From: a virus
Taxonomy: Duplodnaviria > Caudoviricetes
Reading direction: 5' to 3' (one strand)
Length of the DNA: 54,422 nucleotides
Virus record (IMG/VR): IMGVR_UViG_3300022745_000041
Location: 1 to 54,422 of that record
Shown: in pieces, positions 37,709-46,391 of the stretch
Numbering within the stretch: the stretch's first letter is position 1
Layout of the letters: each line of letters opens with the position of its first letter
Notes under the pieces: generated by a model
What the model was told of the DNA's origin: nothing
Database searches by the model: none
What the model saw: only the letters and a program-made list of their open reading frames with translations
Position numbers and translations under genes: made by a program

Positions 37709-38028
37709 TACTGCCCCTCGTGTTTCGGCAACGTTCTTGCCGCATTCCATAAGACGCCAATAGCATTCTTGACATCATCGCCTTCAAGAATTCCGTCAAG
37801 GTGATACAGAGCGTCGATCGTTTTGTTATGTAGATCAGACATCACCGGAGCAACGGACGGAACCGGCACATAGCTTCCGCCGTGAATCAGCCCAATCGCG
37901 GAAACGATCAACGGCAACACCGCTGATTCCTGCACTTCGATCCCGCACATCTTGAGCAATAGCGTGACGATTGCAGCCGCCATTGCGGCCCAACCACTAC
38001 CCTGGGTTGCATACTTGAGCCACTTCAT
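37708..38028 (-). CDS. Two-TM membrane protein (holin-like)
   Basis: Start MKWLK in an ATGA overlap; two hydrophobic helices. Confidence 0.6.
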   Translation of the reverse strand: MKWLKYATQGSGWAAMAAAIVTLLLKMCGIEVQESAVLPLIVSAIGLIHGGSYVPVPSVAPVMSDLHNKTIDALYHLDGILEGDDVKNAIGVLWNAARTLPKHEGQ

Positions 38029-38246
38029 CCGATTGCCTCCAGTAATTCCGCTCGTTTTCGGTCCATCTTTTTGTTGAATCGGTCGAGTCTCTTTTGCAGC
38101 AACTTCAACCGATTCGGTCCCTGTCCAACTATCGGACTCGTCACCGGCCCAGGATTGATTCCGTGTCGTCGGCACCAACGAGCCGAGCGAGTTGATTCCG
38201 CTGATTTTTTGGGTGGTTTTACTTCTTCGATTGCTGCCGGACTCAT
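38025..38246 (-). CDS. Small basic hypothetical protein
   Basis: 73 aa; stop overlaps the next ATG. Confidence 0.55.
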   Translation of the reverse strand: MSPAAIEEVKPPKKSAESTRSARWCRRHGINPGPVTSPIVGQGPNRLKLLQKRLDRFNKKMDRKRAELLEAIG

Positions 38247-38278
38247 ACACTACCCCGATAACCCCTGTGATATAAGAA

Positions 38279-38341
38279 TCCCCGGCAGTCTCTACGTGAT
38301 TGGAACCAGGGGCGTAATTCCGCAACGGAGACTGCCGGGGA
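38279..38341. other. Intergenic 14-bp inverted repeat with a 35-nt interior
   Basis: TCCCCGGCAGTCTC ... GAGACTGCCGGGGA. Confidence 0.7.
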
Positions 38342-38348
38342 ACTATCG

Positions 38349-38564
38349 TTAGGTTGCCGCAATGGCAACCGGAGACTTTCCCTCAATCGCGTCTGCGATC
38401 GTGTCGCAGAGCTTGTCGAGGTCTTCCGCAAACGGCGCGAACGCGCTGTGTAGAGAGTCCGTTTTCGCCTCCTCACCAAGTCGGCGAAGCCCGATGATCA
38501 CGGCCCGCTTGACGAGCGGTTGCAAGATCGGCCAGAAGCGAATCAAGAGATAAGAAACATTCAT
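38349..38564 (-). CDS. Hypothetical protein
   Basis: Start MNVSY with a GGAAGGGG RBS. Confidence 0.6.
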   Translation of the reverse strand: MNVSYLLIRFWPILQPLVKRAVIIGLRRLGEEAKTDSLHSAFAPFAEDLDKLCDTIADAIEGKSPVAIAAT

Positions 38565-38591
38565 AGAAACCCCTTCCGTGGGATAAGGCAA

Positions 38592-38876
38592 TCACTTGCC
38601 TGCAATTCCATTCGCACGTTGTTCGTTAGCCGCACGTTTTTCAGAGCAGCATGAATTAAGTGTTTCTTGGAAACCCTTAATCATCGCTGCTTGTTCCGAA
38701 TGCCGCTCTTTCCACATACCGTCAATCGTTGCAATATGTGTATTGCCGATTTGGTAGACACCCATAAGACCGCAAAGCAATAAGAGCGCGACTGGTCCTT
38801 GTTTGGCCACTTGTTCTATCAAGTAGCCTGATGCCGAAAAGGCTTGACCTGTGCTCTGTGGTGTCTCGTTAGTCAT
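38592..38876 (-). CDS. Single-TM plus coiled-coil protein (holin/BhlA-like)
   Basis: KQGPVALLLLCGLMGVY followed by a charged helix. Confidence 0.55.
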   Translation of the reverse strand: MTNETPQSTGQAFSASGYLIEQVAKQGPVALLLLCGLMGVYQIGNTHIATIDGMWKERHSEQAAMIKGFQETLNSCCSEKRAANEQRANGIAGK

Positions 38877-38899
38877 TATGGTTGATTCCACGCAGATTG

Positions 38900-39811
38900 T
38901 TATATCAGACTCCACGTTTGACCGACAGCCACCGTGGAAGAATTTGGCTTGAGGCAACTCATTGTGATCGGTTGCCAGTTGTAATCGTCGGGCGTCACGG
39001 AATCGTTGGCGTCGATAATTGCGAGGCGATTGAACGACAGCACAACTTGCGTTGCGTTTCCGCTCGCGCCTGTTCCCGCGTGCAATCCAGAGAGAGTCAG
39101 GCTCGCGGTCTTATGTGAGATTGATGATAGCCGTTGCAGAACCGCCATAGCACTGGATGACTTGAGCGGCTTAATCGTTAGTGATTGCTGACAGCCAGTA
39201 GATCGCAATGACGACGGCTCATAACCTGCGTTGTACTTCAGCGAAAGGTTATGTCGGATCGTATAGCTAAATGACTCGATCGGCAGTGACGAGCCGTCAA
39301 ACGTCAGCGCAACATCCGCGAAGAGAAACTCAAGACATTGGCCGCGATTGTCCGGCAACGCGGTACTGAGCACGCTGGCCAGTTCTTTTTTACCAACAAG
39401 CGTCAGCGATAGCGTCACGCCGTTCGGATCGCCGGAAAGCGTTGCTTCATCCACCCGAAGCCCTGCCCACCGTGAGGCACTAACGTTGTCGATCCAATGC
39501 AGTGATTTACTAGACCCGTCGGCGGTTTCGGGAGAACTGAACGCCCACTCAATCAGATATTGCGCGAACGACTGACTAGCCGATGGTGCCCAAAATCCAT
39601 AGAGCGGACACGAGATTGTCCCACCGATCTTCCGCCTGACCTTCTCCGCGTATTTCGGCTGCCGGATGCCCGCGTAACCTTTCGCTTCGCGAGTCTCGAC
39701 ATCGGCCTTCAGTGCAAAATTCGTCAGCGGAATATATCGGTCAACGTCGCCGCCGACCGTCCCCCAGGACGATTCGGATTGAAAGACTGCGAATGATTTT
39801 GCGGATGTCAT
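38900..39811 (-). CDS. Tail tube-like protein, paralog 2
   Basis: ESSWGT, GTISCPLYG, GLRVDEATLSG, LPDNR...EFLFAD and KPLKS; colinear with 39877..40839. Confidence 0.75.
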   Translation of the reverse strand: MTSAKSFAVFQSESSWGTVGGDVDRYIPLTNFALKADVETREAKGYAGIRQPKYAEKVRRKIGGTISCPLYGFWAPSASQSFAQYLIEWAFSSPETADGSSKSLHWIDNVSASRWAGLRVDEATLSGDPNGVTLSLTLVGKKELASVLSTALPDNRGQCLEFLFADVALTFDGSSLPIESFSYTIRHNLSLKYNAGYEPSSLRSTGCQQSLTIKPLKSSSAMAVLQRLSSISHKTASLTLSGLHAGTGASGNATQVVLSFNRLAIIDANDSVTPDDYNWQPITMSCLKPNSSTVAVGQTWSLI

Positions 39812-39825
39812 TTGCTTACCAATGC

Positions 39826-39861
39826 AAAAGCCCGCCACATCCTTCGATTTGGCGGGCTTTT
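39826..39861. terminator. Bidirectional intrinsic terminator between the two tail-tube genes
   Basis: AAAAGCCCGCCA-N12-TGGCGGGCTTTT. Confidence 0.75.
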
Positions 39862-39876
39862 GTCGTTAGTTATTTG

Positions 39877-40839
39877 CTACACCGTATCCCAAACAGGAAC
39901 GCACGTATTATCGCTCGTGTCAGGCTTCAGGAGGTGCATCTTGATCGCCTGGAAGCCGAAATCGTCCAGACCGATATCGTCGCTTGCTTCGTCCAACACT
40001 GACCGGGCAAAAGTGAACTGGCCAGTGGTGTAGGTGTCGGCGGCAGTCCCGCTGTGCAAGCCTTTGATAGTCAGGATGCTTTCAAGTTCAGTATTGTCCT
40101 GCAACCGCAAGTATGCGTCGTAGGTAGCGGCAGTCTTGAGCGGCTTGAACGACAGCGTCTGCTTGTTGTACTGAGCCGAAACTTGATTCGGTCGGTTGCC
40201 GTTGAGAAACAGCGGCTTGATGCCGTAGTCCACTTCCCAACTGAATTCCGACATATCGACAGCCGAACCACCGATACTCAATACCGTATCGGAGAACAGC
40301 ATTTCTAGCAGACCATTTCGATCGTCAGGCAACGCTGACGCTGAGCCTTGCAAGACGATCTGCGTTTTGCCAATACAGTCGAGCGTCAACTCCAGGAAAC
40401 CATCGCTTGCAGAGCCTTTCAGGGTCGCTTTATTGACTCGCAACCCGCTGTCTTCGTGGCCTGTGACAGTCGTGCCGCTGCCGTCCTTGTGGATGTCAAA
40501 CGCGCGGAACGACGGGCGAGGGTCGAGCGTTTCTGGCGTATCGGTCACGAGGTCAAGAAAGTATTGAGCGATCGACACCGCAGGACTCGACAAGTAGGCA
40601 CCGTAGAGCGGCATCACGATCGAACCGCTCACAAGGCTATTCGGCGATTGGCTATGGTGAGACTGGCCACGACCAGCAATCGGTCGATGCTGTGCGGAAT
40701 TGCGCTTCAACGCAACGCCGTAACTCTTGGTCGGAGCGTGAACCAAAACAGGAGTCGAAGGGCGAGTGCCCCAAGCGGCACCAGTGCCGGTTTCTTTCTC
40801 AAAATACTGATAACGCTTAGCGCCTAAGACGTGAGACAT
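39877..40839 (-). CDS. Major tail tube protein, paralog 1
   Basis: E...AWGT.P, GSIVMPLYG, GLRVNKATLKG and LELTLDCIGK; follows the tail-terminator-like gene. Confidence 0.78.
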   Translation of the reverse strand: MSHVLGAKRYQYFEKETGTGAAWGTRPSTPVLVHAPTKSYGVALKRNSAQHRPIAGRGQSHHSQSPNSLVSGSIVMPLYGAYLSSPAVSIAQYFLDLVTDTPETLDPRPSFRAFDIHKDGSGTTVTGHEDSGLRVNKATLKGSASDGFLELTLDCIGKTQIVLQGSASALPDDRNGLLEMLFSDTVLSIGGSAVDMSEFSWEVDYGIKPLFLNGNRPNQVSAQYNKQTLSFKPLKTAATYDAYLRLQDNTELESILTIKGLHSGTAADTYTTGQFTFARSVLDEASDDIGLDDFGFQAIKMHLLKPDTSDNTCVPVWDTV

Positions 40840-40854
40840 AGCATCCGTGCTTTC

Positions 40855-41334
40855 TTAATGCTGGAAAGGAATTCTTAGCACCAATACCATCGTGGTTTTG
40901 ATACACTGAATCTTGTTGGTGTCATCTAGGATGACTGGCTGATAGGTCGTCTGCTGTCCCGCTATGCGCGGGTCATAAGAGGCCATGATTGTCGAGCCGC
41001 TATCGGGACTCATCTTGGCCCGTGCGAAAGCCCGTTTCAGTTTGAACAGGTTTCGCATGGGCGTTAGGACATTCCAGTCCTTTGTATAGGTCACGATTGA
41101 CAGTCGAAGATTGTCTGTGTCTTTCGTGTTGACGGTCGGCTCCATCAGGGAGTCGCTCGGCATAATCCAGATTGAATCGAGGTCGCTGAAGCTTGGCGTT
41201 GTGCCAGCAACTAACGGGCTTTCACCCATGAATTTGAATCTGCGATTGAACAGCGTCGCTGTGTCTTCGTGTTTTTCAATGGCGTTCCACGTGGCGATCA
41301 ATGCGTCAGCTTGTGCGTCGTAATACTCACTCAT
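40855..41334 (-). CDS. Probable tail terminator / neck protein
   Basis: Size and position between the adaptor and the tube. Confidence 0.55.
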   Translation of the reverse strand: MSEYYDAQADALIATWNAIEKHEDTATLFNRRFKFMGESPLVAGTTPSFSDLDSIWIMPSDSLMEPTVNTKDTDNLRLSIVTYTKDWNVLTPMRNLFKLKRAFARAKMSPDSGSTIMASYDPRIAGQQTTYQPVILDDTNKIQCIKTTMVLVLRIPFQH

Positions 41335-41780
41335 GATTCATCGTCGCAGCACTGAAGATTGACGACCGTGATTCCCTTCACGCCATATCCCGGCGTCGCC
41401 ATGTATGGTTGAATCGTGATTTTGGTTAGCCCCGGTATAAGAAGCTGGCCAGCGTGGACTAATGCGAGTTGATCCCTCGCCCGCTTACAGGCAAGCAAAA
41501 AACTCTCAGGTGCCGCGCGTCCACCGTTTTCGCAGACCTCGACGACTGTTATGTCTCTCGCGATATAGTTCAGCCACGCATTGCCACGTGCTAACGTTGT
41601 GTCGTACCACTGCTGAATCGCAGCATCTATTTCTGTATCTGTTCTGAGTATTCCAGGCGTGACGTAGCGAGCGATCTCCGCCGAGGTCACGGTGTCGCCG
41701 CCGTCGCGATTAACAGCCCAATCCAAGCCCGCTAACGTGAGCCGTGATTGCAGGTCAGTGAATGAGCAGTAAGACGACAT
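41331..41780 (-). CDS. Head-tail adaptor (Mu gp36/DUF1320-like)
   Basis: YCSFTDLQSRL...EIDAAI..WY...LNYIARDI...ARDQLALVHAGQL. Confidence 0.7.
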   Translation of the reverse strand: MSSYCSFTDLQSRLTLAGLDWAVNRDGGDTVTSAEIARYVTPGILRTDTEIDAAIQQWYDTTLARGNAWLNYIARDITVVEVCENGGRAAPESFLLACKRARDQLALVHAGQLLIPGLTKITIQPYMATPGYGVKGITVVNLQCCDDES

Positions 41781-41784
41781 ATAA

Positions 41785-41857
41785 GAACCCCGGCGGGACT
41801 CGAACCCACTTCTCCGCGTTAGTAGTGCGGTGTTCTGCCTGTTGAACTAGCTGGGAT
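41785..41857 (-). tRNA. Degenerate tRNA-like element, anticodon ACT, imperfect acceptor stem
   Basis: TA-GTTC AACAGGCA GAAC-A-CCGCA CTACTAA CGCGG-AGAA-GTGGG TTCGAGT CCCGC. The acceptor pairs only with bulges; no CCA. Confidence 0.65.
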
Positions 41858-41865
41858 AAGGAGTG

Positions 41866-41889
41866 CCCCGGCGGAGAGTTCCGCCGAGG
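41866..41889 (-). terminator. GC-rich hairpin after the capsid gene (terminator or stabiliser)
   Basis: CCTCGGCGGA ACTC TCCGCCGGGG; only a weak U-tract follows. Confidence 0.45.
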
Positions 41890-41910
41890 TCTTGCCGAGC
41901 ACGGCCATCG

Positions 41911-43017
41911 TTACGCACTGAAGACGGTTGGCATGTAAATACTATTTGGATTGGCGAACCCAAGCCCGAAGTTGTCACCGAGGTACAGCGAGCATTGAGC
42001 CAGTGGAGTCACCTTCACTTGCGCGAATCCGAACATGCCGACCACTGGCTTCATGGTCGCCAACGCGGATTCGAGATTGTCGAACACGCCGAGCGTGGTC
42101 GGAACGTCTTGAGTCCCTTCAACGCATCGTTTCCAAGGTCCGTTTGGCGGGCAAATGATCGCTTGGCGAAGCGGGATCAGCGGGTACTGAGTGCCACCGG
42201 CGGAAGTCCAGTAACCTTCGACTCCAACAATGTTCCAACCGAAGTAGTTGGTAATCTTGCCGGAGTTGATCACTTGCTCGTTCGTGACCTTGTTCAGCGT
42301 AGCCCACGCTTGGAACTTGGTGTTCAAGAGCAACTTCGGCAATCGCAGGCGATTGATATAGACCGTGTTAGGAGCTTCGCTCCCGGCCTTCACAGAAGCG
42401 TCACGGAAACCTTCCAATTCTTGGAAGATGTCGGTCGTGGTCGTATCCCAAGCGCCCGTCGTGAGCGATCCACAGTTGCCGCGATGCGAGTCCGCAACTT
42501 GGTAGTCAGCCACAACTGCTGCGCCGGTCGTGGTCAGCGCGCCAGTCGTCGCGTGAACTGTCGGCATAATGGGATCGAAATTGCTATCGAGACAACTAAC
42601 GCCGAACGTCATCGCTTGACCGACCAACACTTCGCGAAGCAACTTTTGCCGACGTCCGGCTTCCTCAATGGTCGCTGCAACCCATTCCTGACCAATTTGT
42701 CGAATGCCGGGATCGTTGCTGCGAAGGAATCGCAGAGTGTCGTTAGGCATCGTCAGTTCGTTGAAAGAATTGAACAGACTGAACGACTTTTTAGACGCAC
42801 CGGGACCGTTTTGCCGCTTCGGCATCGATCCGCGAGTATTGGCAGGGTTCGGTACATTGCTGCGAGTCAGCGAGAAGATCGTGACATCGTCGCTCACGGT
42901 CGATTTGACATCAGACCAGAACGTATCGAGCATCGGAGTGCCGACCATCGTTGGCGCGTTGCGATAGCTGGCAGAAATGTCACGGAAGTCCAGCATTGTT
43001 TGGAGAGAATCAGCCAC
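41911..43017 (-). CDS. Major capsid protein (lambda gpE-like HK97 fold)
   Basis: Size and position after the protease and decoration genes; WDTTTTDIFQEL and GLGFANPNSIY motifs. Likely GTG start at 43017. Confidence 0.8.
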   Translation of the reverse strand: MADSLQTMLDFRDISASYRNAPTMVGTPMLDTFWSDVKSTVSDDVTIFSLTRSNVPNPANTRGSMPKRQNGPGASKKSFSLFNSFNELTMPNDTLRFLRSNDPGIRQIGQEWVAATIEEAGRRQKLLREVLVGQAMTFGVSCLDSNFDPIMPTVHATTGALTTTGAAVVADYQVADSHRGNCGSLTTGAWDTTTTDIFQELEGFRDASVKAGSEAPNTVYINRLRLPKLLLNTKFQAWATLNKVTNEQVINSGKITNYFGWNIVGVEGYWTSAGGTQYPLIPLRQAIICPPNGPWKRCVEGTQDVPTTLGVFDNLESALATMKPVVGMFGFAQVKVTPLAQCSLYLGDNFGLGFANPNSIYMPTVFSA

Positions 43018-43035
43018 GGAAGTACACCTTTGCAA

Positions 43036-43057
43036 CTGGCCACGAGTTATGCGGCAA
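43036..43057 (-). promoter_or_regulatory. Conserved hairpin upstream of the capsid RBS
   Basis: TTGCCGC ATAACTC GTGGCCAG; 21/22 identical to 43759-43780. Confidence 0.65.
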
Positions 43058-43111
43058 GGCAGGGTTGATGAAAATCCGCCCTGAGAATCAAGGCGGAGAC
43101 GTGTTCAGGGA

Positions 43112-43744
43112 TTAGAGATTTTGCTGACGATCCGACCAGATGAACGCCGACAGGCGAGCGGCGGTATCGGCACGAGCAGCCGTGAGATCGCCCAAGACGT
43201 TGTCTTGGATCACATAGCCACCTGCCAAGATTGTTCCAGCCTTGTCGTACAGCGTTGAGATGTACGGTTCGCCGGATTGCAGTCGCACGGCAAATTGCAG
43301 AACGCCCTTGCAGGTTTCGTAACCGGCTCCGGCTGTTCCTCGACTGATGACCGCCTCGCCGTCTGCGATCGTTTTTGCCGCAAACGTGATGGCGTCGGTC
43401 GTGTAGTCAATCGTCAGGATCGTGACGTCGTCGCCACCAATCGTGATTAAATCGCCAACCTTGAAGAATCGGCTGTCTGTCAGCACGCAAGTGGTGACGC
43501 CCGTTCCTCCGCCGCTGGCAACCGTGGTCCGCTTGAGCGGTGCCCACTTGCCGCTGGCAGTATTCTGAGCCATCAAGCAACCTGCCCGAAGCTCATCTGT
43601 GCGGCCTGTATTCTTGCCGTCGATGGCGACTGCACTGTCGATCACGACAGGACCGGGCAAGACAATCTTGCCTTCATCGCTCATCAGAATTTCGCGTGGT
43701 GTCACGCCGCTATCAATTGTCCGTTGACCTGGAATGCTAAACAT
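43112..43744 (-). CDS. Head decoration protein
   Basis: IDS..IDGKNT...ELRAGCLMAQ..ASGKW; lies between protease and capsid. Likely start MFSIP at 43744. Confidence 0.75.
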   Translation of the reverse strand: MFSIPGQRTIDSGVTPREILMSDEGKIVLPGPVVIDSAVAIDGKNTGRTDELRAGCLMAQNTASGKWAPLKRTTVASGGGTGVTTCVLTDSRFFKVGDLITIGGDDVTILTIDYTTDAITFAAKTIADGEAVISRGTAGAGYETCKGVLQFAVRLQSGEPYISTLYDKAGTILAGGYVIQDNVLGDLTAARADTAARLSAFIWSDRQQNL

Positions 43745-43758
43745 CTTTGTACTCTTTC

Positions 43759-43780
43759 CTGGCCGCGAGTTATGCGGCAA
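43759..43780 (-). promoter_or_regulatory. Conserved hairpin upstream of the decoration-gene RBS
   Basis: TTGCCGC ATAACTC GCGGCCAG. Confidence 0.65.
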
Positions 43781-43803
43781 AGGAGTCTTGAAATCGTCTA
43801 AAA

Positions 43804-44772
43804 CTACACACCGGCACGAGGCATCAGCTTGACGTCGATACCCTTAGCCTTGAGTCGTGCTTCGATCACGGCATCGGATTCAATAGCGTTGCCTTTGTCG
43901 CCCACGCTTGGCTCGTTAGCGTTTGCCAAGCCTTGCACACCTGATTCACTGGCCAACATAATCAGACCATCAAGCGGAGCGAGAATCGCGAGGTTGTACG
44001 CAACGACGGAACCAAGTTCCTCGTATTGCTTGAGCGTTGCGGCGTTGATCTTCTTGGCGTCAAACAAGCCCTTGAGCTTGCCGCTCCAAGCGTCCTTCGC
44101 TTCATTGGCTTTCTTCGCGACCGTTTCGGCCTTGAACGCTGTGAATTCATTCGACAGCGTGATGATCGTTTCGGCTAACGTCTTGTTAGTAGCCGCAATG
44201 CCTTCAAGAGTCGCCTTCAGCTCAGGTGTCATGTTGTCCTCATCCTCTAGGGATTCATTCGAGAGTGTCAGAAACGGACCTTGGCCCGTTACCACTGGTT
44301 GATCGACAATCGCGACGTGAAGTAGCGCGAGTGCGTATTTTGTTTTGTCACCTGCGGTCCAATCGGGCTGAACGCCAACCGAGACTTGATGGGCAGGGTT
44401 TTCGAGTTGCTTGGCTTGGTCTGCCGTCATGTATGACGAGCAATAGAGCACGCCGTCTTGCGTGAAGACTTGGTCGATCGGTGCGATTGCGTTCTTGGCT
44501 TCGACGGCGTGTTGACCACCGGGGCCGCCGTCAGGACGTGAACCCCAGTAGAGGTTGCACGGAACGCCATTGGCCTTCATGGCCGCAAAGTCGTTAGACA
44601 ACGTCTTGAGCGTGTCTTCAGTGACAACCCAATCCCGTTGACCAGCTTTCCATGTACCAACACGCAACACGTCTTTCACCACTCGCACACCGCGAGACGA
44701 ATCAAGCGGCGTCAGTCCGGATAGCACCGGCTGAGCAACATTTGTCGATTGAGCGAGGGTGTAGAAGATCAA
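43804..44772 (-). CDS. Prohead protease / scaffold (Mu gpI-like)
   Basis: VLRVGTW, QH, VSVGV and LLHVAIVDQPVVTGQGPF, then a helical scaffold. Likely TTG start at 44772 after AAGGAAGG. Confidence 0.8.
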   Translation of the reverse strand: MIFYTLAQSTNVAQPVLSGLTPLDSSRGVRVVKDVLRVGTWKAGQRDWVVTEDTLKTLSNDFAAMKANGVPCNLYWGSRPDGGPGGQHAVEAKNAIAPIDQVFTQDGVLYCSSYMTADQAKQLENPAHQVSVGVQPDWTAGDKTKYALALLHVAIVDQPVVTGQGPFLTLSNESLEDEDNMTPELKATLEGIAATNKTLAETIITLSNEFTAFKAETVAKKANEAKDAWSGKLKGLFDAKKINAATLKQYEELGSVVAYNLAILAPLDGLIMLASESGVQGLANANEPSVGDKGNAIESDAVIEARLKAKGIDVKLMPRAGV

Positions 44773-44880
44773 GAGAAAGCCTTCCTTGGCGGTTATGTAT
44801 TGCATCATGCAATAAGCCAAAGGTCTAAGTCCTGATTGCCAGTGTCAAGCGCTCGTCAAAAATAATTTTGGATTGGTTGC

Positions 44881-44909
44881 TTGACGAGCTTGCGGTAGGT
44901 CGATACAAA
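44881..44909 (+). promoter_or_regulatory. Putative promoter for the two plus-strand genes
   Basis: TTGACG-17 bp-TACAAA; an inverted copy of TTGACGAGC lies at 44851-44859. Confidence 0.55.
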
Positions 44910-44954
44910 TAGAGCCGTGACGGGAATAAAACCACTAACGTAAAGGGAATAAAG

Positions 44955-45155
44955 ATGAACAACGAACAACGGCCACGAGTGCTTGCTGATGGGGTCACAC
45001 CGAAACACGAGCGAGACGCAAGATTGATGGCAGATCGTGGCGTCAAGTCGCAAGCGGCAATCATCGCCGAATACGAGGCTTCGCAGTCTTTTCACGTGGT
45101 GCCATTCGGCCAGTGGCGTGAGTATTTCAGAAAGGAGCAACACGCCAATGGCTAA
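44955..45155 (+). CDS. Hypothetical protein (plus-strand moron gene 1)
   Basis: AAGGGA RBS and ATG; overlaps the next gene. Confidence 0.65.
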   Translation: MNNEQRPRVLADGVTPKHERDARLMADRGVKSQAAIIAEYEASQSFHVVPFGQWREYFRKEQHANG

Positions 45156-45345
45156 GAAGAAAAGCTCCGCTGCTCAAGCCCTCTCGGCACTACGCTGGAA
45201 GGGCAAAACAGCGGCACAAAAGAAGGCACATAGCGAGGCGATGAATGCCGCTCGCATGGCTAAGACAACACCGGAGCAACGGGTTGCAGCGGCGAAGAAA
45301 GCGGTTGCGGCGCGGATCGCGAAGCGGAATAAAGAAGGGCGTTAA
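45148..45345 (+). CDS. Small highly basic Lys/Ala-rich protein (moron gene 2)
   Basis: AAGGAG upstream; MAKKKSSAAQALSALRWKGKTAAQKK...; internal T(A/P)xQ repeat. Confidence 0.7.
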   Translation: MAKKKSSAAQALSALRWKGKTAAQKKAHSEAMNAARMAKTTPEQRVAAAKKAVAARIAKRNKEGR

Positions 45346-46391
45346 GCCCCGTACTTCGCCAGCGTCTCTGGCGGCAACTGATCCACCTGCACCGCCTGAA
45401 GCTCTTTCCGCTGCCGCTTCGCTTCCGTGTACGGAGTGATCGAACAGCGGCAACTGTAGTCGTTCAGCGCCCGCTTGGCGACTGCATAGGCTTCGCTGCC
45501 AACCTCAAACAACAGGCCATCGAGTGGCCTGTGGGTTGCGCGAGTACGGGTGTCATGAGCGGAATGAAATAGCACATACGGAAACTGCGTCTTAACGACC
45601 GGCTTCTCAAGCGTCATCGTTGAACCGTGAATAAACGCTTGATGCGTCGAAGTCCGGAAGGCGTTTTGCAGTTCTGGCTTCGTCGCGTCAATTGTGTCTT
45701 TGATTCGCTTATGGAATTCTGCAAACGATTCTCCGGCTGGGAACCCAATCGCGATCTCATCACGCAAGCGTGTCACCGCTTCCAGCGATTTCCAGCGCGG
45801 CAACTGTTCGCCGCGTGCTTGCTTCTGGATTTCATCCGCGCTGTAAACGTCACGATCCATCAACCAGCGTGCCGCCGTCTCAACCCACGGGAATCGGTTC
45901 TTTTGCAGCGGCCCCAGCGCATCGAGCGTGATGAGCTTCGGTTCGCGAGACTCGCCCCACACCGCGACCGCACCAGCGATCCAGCTTGATAACTCGGATT
46001 GAGCCACCAGCTTGTCAAGTTTTTCCGCAACGAAACCGAGTGGCTGGCCAGCAACTAACGCATCTTCGATCTCTTGATAGAGTCCGTTGAGGTATCGAAT
46101 TGTTTCGTCCGCGAGTTCGTCAGCGTTAGGCGTTTCTGGCGGTGTTGGTTCGCTGTGCGGGCTGTGTGGGCGGTTGATGTTCAGCGTGGGGATGGCGTCT
46201 ATAGAGAGCGATAGTGGCCCTGTCGGTCCAATATCCCAAGCGCCGCTCCCCTTCTCGCGTAACTCGGCAAACGACCAATCGCCCCATAGTTCACCAGGCT
46301 GAACTACGTGTGACCAATCGCCTATAATTCCACCTTGCTCAATACGGGCGCGAAGCGTGACTTGGTTTTCGCTGACGGTTGCATAAATCAA
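45342..46391 (-). CDS. MuF / SPP1 gp7-like minor head protein with an extra N-terminal domain
   Basis: GESFAEF, FRTSTHQAF, FPYVLFHSAHDTRTRATHRPLDG and DYSCRCSITP motifs. Confidence 0.85.
   Translation of the reverse strand: MIYATVSENQVTLRARIEQGGIIGDWSHVVQPGELWGDWSFAELREKGSGAWDIGPTGPLSLSIDAIPTLNINRPHSPHSEPTPPETPNADELADETIRYLNGLYQEIEDALVAGQPLGFVAEKLDKLVAQSELSSWIAGAVAVWGESREPKLITLDALGPLQKNRFPWVETAARWLMDRDVYSADEIQKQARGEQLPRWKSLEAVTRLRDEIAIGFPAGESFAEFHKRIKDTIDATKPELQNAFRTSTHQAFIHGSTMTLEKPVVKTQFPYVLFHSAHDTRTRATHRPLDGLLFEVGSEAYAVAKRALNDYSCRCSITPYTEAKRQRKELQAVQVDQLPPETLAKYGA

Noticed and set aside
41863-43068. 401-aa plus-strand ORF opposite the capsid gene
   Set aside because: No recognisable motif or RBS. 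Long antisense ORFs are common in GC-rich coding DNA.
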